DNA of 32,000 bases from Pseudoalteromonas tetraodonis (GTDB taxonomy: Bacteria > Pseudomonadota > Gammaproteobacteria > Enterobacterales > Alteromonadaceae): contig NZ_CP011041.1 in assembly GCF_002310835.1 (NCBI RefSeq), positions 2,430,001 to 2,462,000 on the forward strand, in the 5' to 3' direction. The notes under the pieces are model-generated. The model saw only the letters and a program-made list of their open reading frames with translations, was not told the DNA's origin and did no database searches. Shown here one piece after another: positions 7,951 to 16,742 of this stretch. The translations under genes were made by a program, and so were the position numbers. Numbering within the stretch: the stretch's first letter is position 1; the number at the start of each line of letters is the position of its first letter.

Positions 7951-9522
7951 ATGCAACAGAGTGTCCCATCTGCAATATTTATAAATTTTTTAGGTAAAGC
8001 ACCTCAATGGTATAAATACACCATTATTGCATTTTTAATAATTAACCCGCTGCTGTTTCAATTAAACCCTTATTTGTCTGGCTGGGTACTGGTTATTGAG
8101 TTTATTTTTACATTGGCCATGGCGCTCAAATGTTACCCACTGCAACCTGGTGGTCTACTTGCCATTGAGGCACTATTAATTGGTATGACATCAACCACGC
8201 AAGTTGAACATGAAATAGCACAAAACCTAGATGTGCTTTTATTACTTATTTTTATGGTTGCCGGTATTTATTTCATGAAAGATCTGCTGCTGTATATTTT
8301 TACCAAGTTAGTGGTTTCAGTAAGAAGTAAGACCGTTTTATCGCTTGCCTTTGCAATAGCTGCTGCGTTTTTATCAGCTTTTTTGGATGCCCTGACTGTA
8401 ATGGCGGTTGTTATTGCGGTGGCCATGGGCTTTTATAGTATTTATCACAAGGTGGCTTCAGGAAAAGATTTTATTAGTGAGCACGATATTAACGATGATA
8501 ACCAAGTAAAAGAGGTAAACCGTCAAGAGCTTGAAGAGTTTCGTGCTTTTTTACGTAATTTACTCATGCATGCCTCGATTGGAACCGCACTTGGCGGCGT
8601 GTGTACTATGGTTGGTGAACCACAAAACTTAATTATTGCAGAGCGAGCAAGTTGGCTATTTGGTGAGTTCTTTTTAAGAATGCTGCCCGTTTCTTTACCC
8701 GTGCTTTTTGCGGGCTTATTAACAACCTTTTTATTAGAAAAAACAAAAACCTTTGGCTATGGGGCAAAACTGCCAGAAACAATTCATGCTATTTTAAAAA
8801 ACCATGCACAAACACTTGATAAAAAACGCACCAAACGCGATAGAGTTAACCTCACAATTCAAGCACTAATCGCTATCTGGTTAATTACTGGCTTAGCGTT
8901 ACACTTAGCAACCGTGGGCTTAATTGGCTTATCGGTGATTATTTTAGCCACGTCGTCTGCCGGTATAATAGAAGAGCACCAACTCGGTAAAGCCTTTGAA
9001 GAAGCCCTCCCCTTCACGGCACTACTTTGTGTATTTTTTAGTGTGGTTGCAGTAATCATCGATCAACAACTCTTTACCCCTGTGATTACTTGGGTACTAA
9101 CATTTGAAGGGCACTTACAATTGGTGATGTTTTTTATCGCTAATGGATTGCTTTCAATGGTCAGTGATAATGTATTTGTCGGCACTGTATATATAAATGA
9201 AGTTGCTGCAGCTCTAAAAGCAGGTCAGATAACTCGAGACCAATTTGATTTACTTGCAGTGGCGATAAACACCGGCACAAACTTACCCAGCGTGGCCACC
9301 CCTAATGGTCAAGCTGCTTTCTTATTCTTACTGACATCAACACTAGCTCCCGTGTTACGCCTATCTTACGGTCGAATGGTGTATATGGCTTTACCTTACA
9401 CTTTTGTGCTTACCTTTGTTGGGTTAAGCGCGACTTATTTTGGCTTGAGTGAAATAACCAGTTTGTTTTATGACTGGGGGATAATACAACACCACATCCC
9501 TGTAGCGAATTCTGGGCATTAA
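7951..9522 (+). CDS. nhaB: Na+/H+ antiporter NhaB
   Basis: [24 protein letters not shown]...[25 protein letters not shown]...[15 protein letters not shown]...[10 protein letters not shown] matches E. coli NhaB. It lies in the conserved fadR-nhaB-dsbB neighbourhood. Confidence 0.93.
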   Translation: MQQSVPSAIFINFLGKAPQWYKYTIIAFLIINPLLFQLNPYLSGWVLVIEFIFTLAMALKCYPLQPGGLLAIEALLIGMTSTTQVEHEIAQNLDVLLLLIFMVAGIYFMKDLLLYIFTKLVVSVRSKTVLSLAFAIAAAFLSAFLDALTVMAVVIAVAMGFYSIYHKVASGKDFISEHDINDDNQVKEVNRQELEEFRAFLRNLLMHASIGTALGGVCTMVGEPQNLIIAERASWLFGEFFLRMLPVSLPVLFAGLLTTFLLEKTKTFGYGAKLPETIHAILKNHAQTLDKKRTKRDRVNLTIQALIAIWLITGLALHLATVGLIGLSVIILATSSAGIIEEHQLGKAFEEALPFTALLCVFFSVVAVIIDQQLFTPVITWVLTFEGHLQLVMFFIANGLLSMVSDNVFVGTVYINEVAAALKAGQITRDQFDLLAVAINTGTNLPSVATPNGQAAFLFLLTSTLAPVLRLSYGRMVYMALPYTFVLTFVGLSATYFGLSEITSLFYDWGIIQHHIPVANSGH

Positions 9523-9538
9523 GAGCTTCCCCGACTTT

Positions 9539-9574
9539 GAGGAGCTAGGAAATTTCATAGCTCCTCACTTTTTC
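9539..9574 (+). terminator. Rho-independent terminator of nhaB
   Basis: Stem GAGGAGCTA / TAGCTCCTC with a 10-nt loop, followed by ACTTTTT. Confidence 0.65.
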
Positions 9575-9640
9575 CCTTTTACTTGCTCCGCTGTTTATCC
9601 TACGTCATAATCTAAGCCCTTATTTAAATACGGATTTGTT

Positions 9641-10159
9641 ATGAACTGGCTTGCTAATCTAAGTACTCAACGTACACCTTGGTTATTATTCAGTGGGATT
9701 GTTTTTCTGCTTGAAGTCATCGCGCTCTTTTTTCAATACAACATGGGATTAGCACCGTGCATTATGTGTATTTACCAACGCACCGCGGTATTAGGCTTAC
9801 TTTTTGCCGGTATTATTGGCGCCAGTAAACCAAACAACCTCGTAGTCCGTATTGTCGCTTATACAGTGTGGGGGGTTTCAAGTGTATGGGGGTTACTAAT
9901 AGCTCGTGAGCACATTGAAATGCAAACAACCACTGACCCCTTCGCATTTAGCTGTGAGTTTGAGCCAAATTTTCCAGAGTTTATGCCATTACATCATTGG
10001 ATACCGCAATTTTTTGAGGCAACCGGTGATTGCGGAAACATAGATTGGCAATTTGCAGGCTTAAGTATGCCAGCATGGATGGAAGTTATTTTTGTATTGT
10101 TTACCGCCACACTTATTGCGTTAGTGGCCAGTCGATTAATCTCTAAAAAGTCACTTTAA
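9641..10159 (+). CDS. dsbB: Disulfide bond formation protein DsbB
   Basis: Four predicted TM helices, a first-loop CXXC (APCIMCIYQR), and a second Cys pair (FSCEF...GDCGN). It follows nhaB as in E. coli. Confidence 0.9.
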   Translation: MNWLANLSTQRTPWLLFSGIVFLLEVIALFFQYNMGLAPCIMCIYQRTAVLGLLFAGIIGASKPNNLVVRIVAYTVWGVSSVWGLLIAREHIEMQTTTDPFAFSCEFEPNFPEFMPLHHWIPQFFEATGDCGNIDWQFAGLSMPAWMEVIFVLFTATLIALVASRLISKKSL

Positions 10160-10160
10160 T

Positions 10161-10463
10161 ATGTTTACTTTTTTTTCAAGCCACGTTGACGAACTTAAAC
10201 ACTTAAAAGTTCGTCAAAGACAAACCGTTATTGCGATCTCGTTAAGTATGCTCTCTCCTAGTGATAGAGTGTTAATGCGTATTGTAAAGCTTATGCTGCT
10301 AAGCCCATTTTTTTTAATATTTACCCTTTTTGAAGGATGGCTACTCGTGCCCTTTTTGATTGTGGCTGGTTTGAGCTACCCGCTACTAACCGCCCCCGTA
10401 GATGTTAATTTTGCTAAAAAGCACCTTGGTGCTGCCTTAAAACAGTTTAATCAGGGCGCATAG
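10161..10463 (+). CDS. Small hypothetical inner-membrane protein, coupled to dsbB
   Basis: The ATG lies 1 nt after the dsbB TAA (TAATATG). Two hydrophobic helices are present (LMLLSPFFLIFTLF, LLVPFLIVAGLSYPLL). A terminator hairpin covers its stop codon. I recognise no family. Confidence 0.5.
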   Translation: MFTFFSSHVDELKHLKVRQRQTVIAISLSMLSPSDRVLMRIVKLMLLSPFFLIFTLFEGWLLVPFLIVAGLSYPLLTAPVDVNFAKKHLGAALKQFNQGA

Positions 10464-10472
10464 CGCCCTTTT
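10453..10472 (+). terminator. Rho-independent terminator after the dsbB-coupled ORF
   Basis: AGGGCGC ATA GCGCCCT TTT overlapping the stop codon. The U-run is weak on the opposite (comEA) side. Confidence 0.6.
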
Positions 10473-10475
10473 AAG

Positions 10476-10769
10476 TTAAAACGCCACCTTTCCATCAAGT
10501 TTGGCTAGCATTTTTTTACCCACCCCTTTTACTTTAGCTAGATCTTCAAGTGATGCGAAATCACCATTTGTTTCTCTATAATCGATAATTGCCTGTGCTT
10601 TTTTCTTGCCAACACCTGGTAACTTAATTAACTGTTTTAAATCAGCAGTATTAATATTAACCACGGCTGATTGCATCTGCTCTGATAGCATATCGCTTTG
10701 CGCAAAGGTGGTACCCATAGGTAATAAACATAAAGCAGCGGCTAATGAGATGATTTTAATTAATTTCAT
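10476..10769 (-). CDS. comEA: Periplasmic DNA-binding competence protein ComEA (helix-hairpin-helix)
   Basis: Signal peptide ending TFA|Q, then tandem HhH motifs: INTADLKQLIKLPGVGKKKAQAIIDYRETNGDF.SLEDLAKVKGVGKKMLAKL. Confidence 0.88.
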   Translation of the reverse strand: MKLIKIISLAAALCLLPMGTTFAQSDMLSEQMQSAVVNINTADLKQLIKLPGVGKKKAQAIIDYRETNGDFASLEDLAKVKGVGKKMLAKLDGKVAF

Positions 10770-10995
10770 ACTATTTCCTTTTGTGTTCTTACATGAACAT
10801 TCGTTGATTATTTACACCCAGCACTTTTACATAACGTTGTGGTTACTAAGTACTAACGGTAACAATCACTCCTTGCGACTCCTTTACTGCAACGCGTTAT
10901 AAAGTGACTTAATAAATAAAGTAGAGTTACTCTTTATTGTCAACCAAGCTGCAGATAAACTAAGGCTAAAGCTTGCAAAACCACGCGCAAGCTTG

Positions 10996-11015
10996 TACTG
11001 TATATAAAAACAGTA
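10996..11015 (+). promoter_or_regulatory. LexA (SOS) box upstream of yebG
   Basis: TACTGTATATAAAAACAGTA fits the gammaproteobacterial consensus TACTG-(TA)5-CAGTA with both CTG/CAG arms intact. It lies about 50 nt upstream of the yebG ATG. yebG is a known LexA regulon member in E. coli. Confidence 0.85.
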
Positions 11016-11066
11016 ATCTAATGATTTAAAATAATCATATTGCCACGTAAGTAAGCAGGAGAAATC

Positions 11067-11366
11067 ATGGCTGTTGTTGTTAAATATGTTGTAGAACGAA
11101 ACGGAGTCGAGCGCATGACGTTTACTACTAAAAAAGAAGCTGATGCCTATGACAAAATGCTCGATATTGCCGAGTCACTAGAACTCATGCTTGAAAAAGT
11201 AGATGTGCCACTAAGTGAACAACAGGTTGAGTCGCTCGCGCTGGAGATTGCAAAAAGTAAAGACGACTTTATGGCCGTACTTAAAGGTGGTAAAGAAGTA
11301 CCCACTAAAGCTAAAAAAACAAAGTCAGATAACGTTGCGGATATAAAAGATAAAGCAGCGAGTTAG
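11067..11366 (+). CDS. yebG: DNA damage-inducible protein YebG
   Basis: MAVVVKYVVERNGVERMTFTTKKEADAYDKMLDIAE closely matches E. coli YebG (MAVEVKYVVIREGEEKMSFTSKKEADAYDKMLDTAD). AGGAG lies upstream of the ATG. Confidence 0.9.
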   Translation: MAVVVKYVVERNGVERMTFTTKKEADAYDKMLDIAESLELMLEKVDVPLSEQQVESLALEIAKSKDDFMAVLKGGKEVPTKAKKTKSDNVADIKDKAAS

Positions 11367-11393
11367 TACTTTCAAAAGCTCAATAGTAATTAT

Positions 11394-11432
11394 TAAAAAA
11401 ACTGAATTCGGTATTCGAATTCAGTTTTTTTA
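11394..11432 (+). terminator. Rho-independent terminator of yebG
   Basis: A-run, 10-bp stem ACTGAATTCG / CGAATTCAGT, then TTTTTTT. Confidence 0.85.
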
Positions 11433-11533
11433 TGCCTTTAAATAATAATAGCTAAAGGCAAGTAATCGGTGATTAAGCGTCATAATCTCAGCTGTTTAAA
11501 CGAGATGAATGGTCTCTGCTAAAGGTCAGCCAA

Positions 11534-11566
11534 TAAAAAATGCCAACCAGTTAAACTGATTGGCAT
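11534..11566 (-). terminator. Rho-independent terminator of putP
   Basis: On the minus strand the sequence is ATGCCAATCAG TTTAA CTGGTTGGCAT followed by TTTTTT, with one mismatch in the stem. It lies 35 nt past the putP stop. Confidence 0.75.
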
Positions 11567-11600
11567 TTATAAAAACCAACACTTTACGTTAGCTAATCAG

Positions 11601-13136
11601 TTACAATGACGATTCAACTTCATCAAACAGATCAGTAATTTCTTTTTTCGGTTCAGCTGTCACAAGGCTTCCTACCACAATAGCAATACTCGCTAAAATG
11701 AAGCCTGGGACGATTTCATAAATTACACTGCTTAAGCTCTCACCATTAATGGTAATAGGCGCATAAATCCATACAAGCACTGTTAAAGCACCAACAACCA
11801 TACCGCTAATAGCCCCTTTTAAGTTCATACGTTTCCAGTAAAGGCTAAACAAGACAAGTGGACCAAATGCAGCACCAAAACCAGCCCATGCGTTACTAAC
11901 TAAATCAAGTATTGAACTATTACGGTCATACGCTAGGTAAATAGCAAATAACGCAACCAGTATTACGCTAATACGCCCTACTAACACCAGCTCAGTTTGC
12001 GAGGCATCGCGGTTTAAGTAAATCTTGTAGAAGTCTTCAGTAAGCGAGCTTGAACACACCAATAATTGCGATGAAATCGTACTCATAATCGCAGCTAAAA
12101 TAGCAGCCAGTAGGAAACCAGCAATTAATGGGTGGAAAATAAGTTCAGCTAATACTAAGAAAATGGTCTCTTTATCGGCAATTGGCATTTGATTTTCAAT
12201 CATAAAGGCAGCACCAAATAAACCGGTAAATACCGCGCCAATCGCAGATAGTGTCATCCAAGACATACCAATACGACGCATAGTTGGCATTTCTTTTACT
12301 GAGCGAATAGACATAAAGCGAACAATAATATGTGGCTGACCAAAGTAGCCTAAGCCCCAAGCCATCGCAGAAATAATAGCAATGGTAGAACCACCAGCAA
12401 ACCAATCAAGCATATTCAATGAATGGATTTCACTGGCTTTTGGTGAACTTAACAACTGCTGGTAATTTGCATTTGCTAAAGTATCCATAAATGGCTGATC
12501 TAGCATCATATAAGTAGCGATAGGTACTGCAAGCAAGGAGATAAACATAATACAACCTTGCACGAAGTCTGTTAGGCTAACCGCTAAAAAACCACCAAAT
12601 AAGGTGTAAACAACAACCACACCCGTGGTGATGTATAAACCCATTTCGTAACTCATCTGAAATGAATTTTCAAATAACTTACCACCGGCGACTACGCCTG
12701 ATGAAGTATACAAAGTAAAGAACACAATAATAACAATTGCAGAGATCACACGGAGGATATTCTTGTTATCATCAAAACGATTTGCAAAATAATCAGGGAT
12801 GGTAATAGAGTCATTTGCTTTTTCAGTATAAACACGCAGTCTTGGGGCGACTAAGAAATAGTTTGCCCATGCGCCTAATACTAAGCCAATAGCAATCCAA
12901 ACCTTGCTAAGCCCAAACAAGTACATTGCGCCAGGTAGGCCCATAAGTAACCAACCACTCATGTCTGATGCACCCGCTGATAAGGCAGCAACACTGGGGG
13001 CTAAATTACGACCACCTAGCATATACCCTGATATATCGCTGGTAGATTGCTTATATGCGTATAGTCCTATTCCCAGCATTACAATAAAATATAATGCCAG
13101 TGAAATAATCATTCCTGTTTCCAAATTTGCCTCCAC
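11601..13136 (-). CDS. putP: Sodium/proline symporter PutP (SSS family)
   Basis: [39 protein letters not shown] matches E. coli PutP ([38 protein letters not shown]), with 12-13 TM helices. The start is uncertain. GTG 13136 is the longest option. TTG 13124 has GGAGG 5 nt upstream, and ATG 13112 is also possible. Confidence 0.88.
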   Translation of the reverse strand: [511 protein letters not shown]

Positions 13137-13456
13137 TTAAATAAGTAATAACAGGCTTTTAATCCAAATAATGACTCTTGAAATCTTATAATTAAGACAG
13201 TATTGGAATAAAAGCTTTCTACTGAACTATAACACGGTAATTGCTAATAACTCCAACCCGCTCATTTAAGTAGATAAAAAACCATCGGTTAGCTCACTTT
13301 TGAAACAAATAAAATGAAAAACAATAAAATTAGATTAAGAAATACCAAACCAACCATAGTATTTTATTAATAATGTTCATTTTACCGATGCTATTTTGAA
13401 TGTTTTCCAATATATTATTACAATGTTAATCAATTTCTACTCTTTCGGAATCCTAT

Positions 13457-14680
13457 ATGTATTTTTACGCTGCTCGGCAACCTATTTTAGATCGCAATAA
13501 AGAACTAATTGGCTATGAGCTTTTATTTCGTGATGGAGTTGATAACGTATTTCCAAATATTGACGGCGATGAAGCCACGTCTCGACTGATTGAAGGCAGT
13601 CAATTTAACTTTGGCTTAGAAGATTTAACTGATAATAAACCCGCTTATATTAACTTTACCTTAGACACCTTGTTAAAAGGCTACCCAACCCTTTTAAACA
13701 AAGATGGGGTGGTAATTGAAATACTCGAAACCGTCCAGCCAGGTAAACGCTTATTGGCAATTGTTAAAGACCTAAAAGAAAAAGGCTATACGCTAGCGCT
13801 AGATGACTATGCACATCAACCTGTATGGCGGCACTTTTATCCGTTTATCGATATTATTAAAGTCGACTTTTTAACTTGTGATATTGAAAACGTTAAAACG
13901 ATCATAGAGGATTTAAAACCTTATCCACACATAAAATTACTTGCTGAAAAGGTTGAAACTTACGCGCTTTACAATCAAGCTTTTGAACTAGGTTTTGAAT
14001 ACTTTCAAGGCTTTTTCTTTTCAAAACCAGAAATGGTGCAAAGCAAGGCCTTACCGCCATCGGGCATGGCATTGGCTGAGCTACTCTATGAAACATCCAG
14101 CGTAGAAATGGATCTTAAAAAAATCACCGATGTATTTGAGCGTGATGTCAACTTATCGTATAAGCTGCTACGCTACTCAAATTCGGCAGCATTTGCTCGC
14201 CGCTCTGAAATAAACACAATAAAACAAGCGCTTATTGTATTGGGCGCGGCTGAAATAAAAAAACTACTCTCTTTATTATTTGCCGCACAAGTCTCTGCAG
14301 ACAAACCTCTGGAGCTTATTAGGTTGTCGCTAACACGCGCGCGTTTTTGTGAGCTTTTAGCAATTTCACATGGCAAACTTAGAGATACAGGAATAGCATT
14401 TTTAACCGGCATGATGTCGCTTATGGATGCCATACTAGATGAAGAGATGGACAGTGTAATGCTTAAACTACCGCTTTCAAATGAGATAAAAGCGGCACTG
14501 TTAAACAATGAAGGGCTGCTTGCTGAGTATTTAAACTTAGTAACCCTCTATGAGCAGGGTAACTGGCACGCTGCTAACGATAAAGCCCAACAGCTTAACT
14601 TGGGTGATGATGTGCCTGATGCTTACCACGAAGCACTTAATTGGGTTAGTGAACAAATGCAGATAATGATTGATAATTAA
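13457..14680 (+). CDS. EAL-domain plus HDOD-domain signalling protein (putative c-di-GMP phosphodiesterase or sensor)
   Basis: The N-terminal half shows EAL-fold motifs in order: QPILD, YELLFR, INFT, IEILET, LDDY, IKVD, AEKVET, QGFFFSKP. The C-terminal half has an HDOD pattern: DLKKITDVFERDVNLSYKLLRYSNSAAF....INTIKQALIVLG. Confidence 0.8.
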   Translation: MYFYAARQPILDRNKELIGYELLFRDGVDNVFPNIDGDEATSRLIEGSQFNFGLEDLTDNKPAYINFTLDTLLKGYPTLLNKDGVVIEILETVQPGKRLLAIVKDLKEKGYTLALDDYAHQPVWRHFYPFIDIIKVDFLTCDIENVKTIIEDLKPYPHIKLLAEKVETYALYNQAFELGFEYFQGFFFSKPEMVQSKALPPSGMALAELLYETSSVEMDLKKITDVFERDVNLSYKLLRYSNSAAFARRSEINTIKQALIVLGAAEIKKLLSLLFAAQVSADKPLELIRLSLTRARFCELLAISHGKLRDTGIAFLTGMMSLMDAILDEEMDSVMLKLPLSNEIKAALLNNEGLLAEYLNLVTLYEQGNWHAANDKAQQLNLGDDVPDAYHEALNWVSEQMQIMIDN

Positions 14681-14704
14681 AGCGCTCATTAGTAATTAAT
14701 AACT

Positions 14705-14745
14705 AAAAATAAAACGCCAGCATTTGCTGGCGTTTTTATTTTTAT
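14705..14745. terminator. Bidirectional terminator between the EAL-HDOD gene and mlaA
   Basis: A-rich run, stem ACGCCAGCA / TGCTGGCGT, then a T-rich run, between convergent stops. Confidence 0.8.
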
Positions 14746-15476
14746 CAAAGGCTTTCTAAGAAATCTTCGTCAAAATCTTCAGGCTCTTCTTTTATTGGCG
14801 GATTGCCATCGTAGAGTTCATATAACTGACGCTGAAAGTAAATGTCTTTAACAAACAGGTATGGGTCTAATGAATCATTTAATAAACCCTCTTGAGCCAT
14901 TAAAGACGCCCTTGCCTCAACCGCCTTTAACGCAAACACTAAAATTGTTTGTGGTGTTGTCAGTGCAATTTCAGGTAAAACCACATTATCAACAACATCA
15001 CCGGTTAAGTTGCGTGCAGTTGATGGCCCCATTGCAGGGATCATTAAATAGGCACCATCGCCTACTCCCCACACACCTAAGGTTTGGCCAAAATCTTCAT
15101 CAGTTACTTCAAGCCCTAACGAACTTGCAACGTCAAATAAGCCAAACACCCCCACCGTAGAGTTCACTAAAAAGCGCGCAAAATTAATTCCGGCACTGCT
15201 TGGCTTTCCTTGCAGACCCGCATTAATAATATCAACCGGTGCTGTAATATTATCGGTAAAATGCACAATACTTCGACGCACAGGCTGTGGGGTTACTGTT
15301 ATATAACCCACTGCCGCAGGCCTTAAAATATAAGCATCAAGTACGTCCATATTAAAGTCATAAATAGGTCTGTTTACACTTTGTATGGGATCGCGCTCAT
15401 CATATTTACTCTCAGGAACTTGAGCACAACCCGATAACGTGAGTAAACATAATAAAAGTAAGCCTTGTTTTAACAT
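14745..15476 (-). CDS. mlaA: Phospholipid-transport lipoprotein MlaA (VacJ)
   Basis: Lipobox LTLSG|C. VacJ-family core: NRPIYDFNMDVLDAYILRPAAVGY...NITAPVDIINAGLQGK...RFLVNSTVGVFGLFDVAS. Confidence 0.88.
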   Translation of the reverse strand: MLKQGLLLLCLLTLSGCAQVPESKYDERDPIQSVNRPIYDFNMDVLDAYILRPAAVGYITVTPQPVRRSIVHFTDNITAPVDIINAGLQGKPSSAGINFARFLVNSTVGVFGLFDVASSLGLEVTDEDFGQTLGVWGVGDGAYLMIPAMGPSTARNLTGDVVDNVVLPEIALTTPQTILVFALKAVEARASLMAQEGLLNDSLDPYLFVKDIYFQRQLYELYDGNPPIKEEPEDFDEDFLESL

Positions 15477-15485
15477 CTCAAATCC

Positions 15486-16742
15486 TTAAGGTATTAATGT
15501 ATCAATGTTCAGTTGCACTTGGCGCACCTCTTTAGAAGCAAGCACTTGAGAATGCCCTTCAAGCTCCCCAGTGCTTGGCATAACTGAATCATCATTAGAG
15601 ATACGCGCAGAAATGATAATTTCACTCGCACTCGATAAGTTTAGCCCTGCCATCATGGCATTAGCATCGCTCAGCTCAACCGTAATTGGAAAGCTATAGT
15701 CTGTTAGTTTGACCACGGCTAAAGGCATCGGTGATCCCTTAGCCGCTTTAGCAAACACAAACAAAATACCCTTATTGGGCTGTTTGTCTGCAAGTTGGCT
15801 ATCGATATCAACGGTAACTTGAATACTTTGAGCCGCTAACTGATCGCCACTGGTTGCCACGTTTTGCTGAGCAATTTGTAGATCGATTTCGCTAATACGT
15901 TGGTTGATCATAGCATAGCGCGTATCAGACTCATCCATACTTGCAAGTAGCACCTCAAACGCTGCCTTTGCCTGTAGCCAGTCTTTTCTCTCAAAGGCGA
16001 TTAGTGCAAGTAACGAAATCGCATCAAGGTTATTTGGTTGAGCTTGCAGTACTTTAGAAAGCATACCCGCTGCACGAGTCATGTTTTCTTCACTGCCCTC
16101 AAGTAATAGCACCTGAGAGTAGCTAACAAGCGCTTGCATATTATCAGGGTTTATTTTTAATGTTTTATCGAATGACTGTTTCGCCATATCAAATTCATTT
16201 AGCATTAAAGCAACACGCCCTAACAACATCCAAGCGACTTCATCATCACCGCTTTGGCTTAACTTAGTACGCAGTGCTAGGGCAAACGCTTGTAACTCAT
16301 TTTTAGTTAATGGCTCGCCCTTTTGCATTACGGCGCGCTGACCATAATCGGCCAAGTTATCCATTGCATCATGCCAAGCTGCAATTTGTTGCTGGCTGCC
16401 TGTCATTGCATAGAAAATACCTGCTAATGCAATTAAAAACGCCGCCCCTGTTAAAGCAAATATACGATTGTCACCACGGCTATTTAGTGACTTCTCCGGC
16501 GATAATTCATTAAGTAAACGGCGTTTTAATTCAATAATAGCTTCGCTGTGATTTTGCGAGTCTATACGTTGATTATCTAAATCTGCCTGTAATTCAACTA
16601 AACGCTGTTCATAAATGCTGATAAGCTGTGCATTGGCGTTATGGGTGATGGTTACTATGCGCTCTTTTTTTAAAAAAGGCACAATAATAAACAGCAATGC
16701 AATGAGTGTGAGTAAAGCAAAAGACGCCCACATTAAAATCAT
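15486..16742 (-). CDS. ccmI: Cytochrome c maturation protein CcmI (CycH; TPR apocytochrome chaperone)
   Basis: N-terminal TM helices followed by TPR-like repeats (e.g. FDMAKQSFDKTLKINPDNMQAL, LSKVLQAQPNNLDAISLLA). Its ATG abuts the ccmH stop (TAAATG). Confidence 0.8.
   Translation of the reverse strand: MILMWASFALLTLIALLFIIVPFLKKERIVTITHNANAQLISIYEQRLVELQADLDNQRIDSQNHSEAIIELKRRLLNELSPEKSLNSRGDNRIFALTGAAFLIALAGIFYAMTGSQQQIAAWHDAMDNLADYGQRAVMQKGEPLTKNELQAFALALRTKLSQSGDDEVAWMLLGRVALMLNEFDMAKQSFDKTLKINPDNMQALVSYSQVLLLEGSEENMTRAAGMLSKVLQAQPNNLDAISLLALIAFERKDWLQAKAAFEVLLASMDESDTRYAMINQRISEIDLQIAQQNVATSGDQLAAQSIQVTVDIDSQLADKQPNKGILFVFAKAAKGSPMPLAVVKLTDYSFPITVELSDANAMMAGLNLSSASEIIISARISNDDSVMPSTGELEGHSQVLASKEVRQVQLNIDTLIP

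Noticed and set aside
10874-10892. TGCGA...TGCAA upstream of comEA, considered as a competence CRP-S/TfoX-dependent site
   Set aside because: The second half-site is not the required TCGCA, and the spacing does not give a TGCGA-N6-TCGCA dyad.
10606-10902. 98-aa plus-strand ORF spanning the comEA antisense strand and the comEA upstream region
   Set aside because: Half of it is antisense to comEA and the rest runs through an AT-rich promoter region. It has no Shine-Dalgarno sequence, and its hydrophobic composition looks random.
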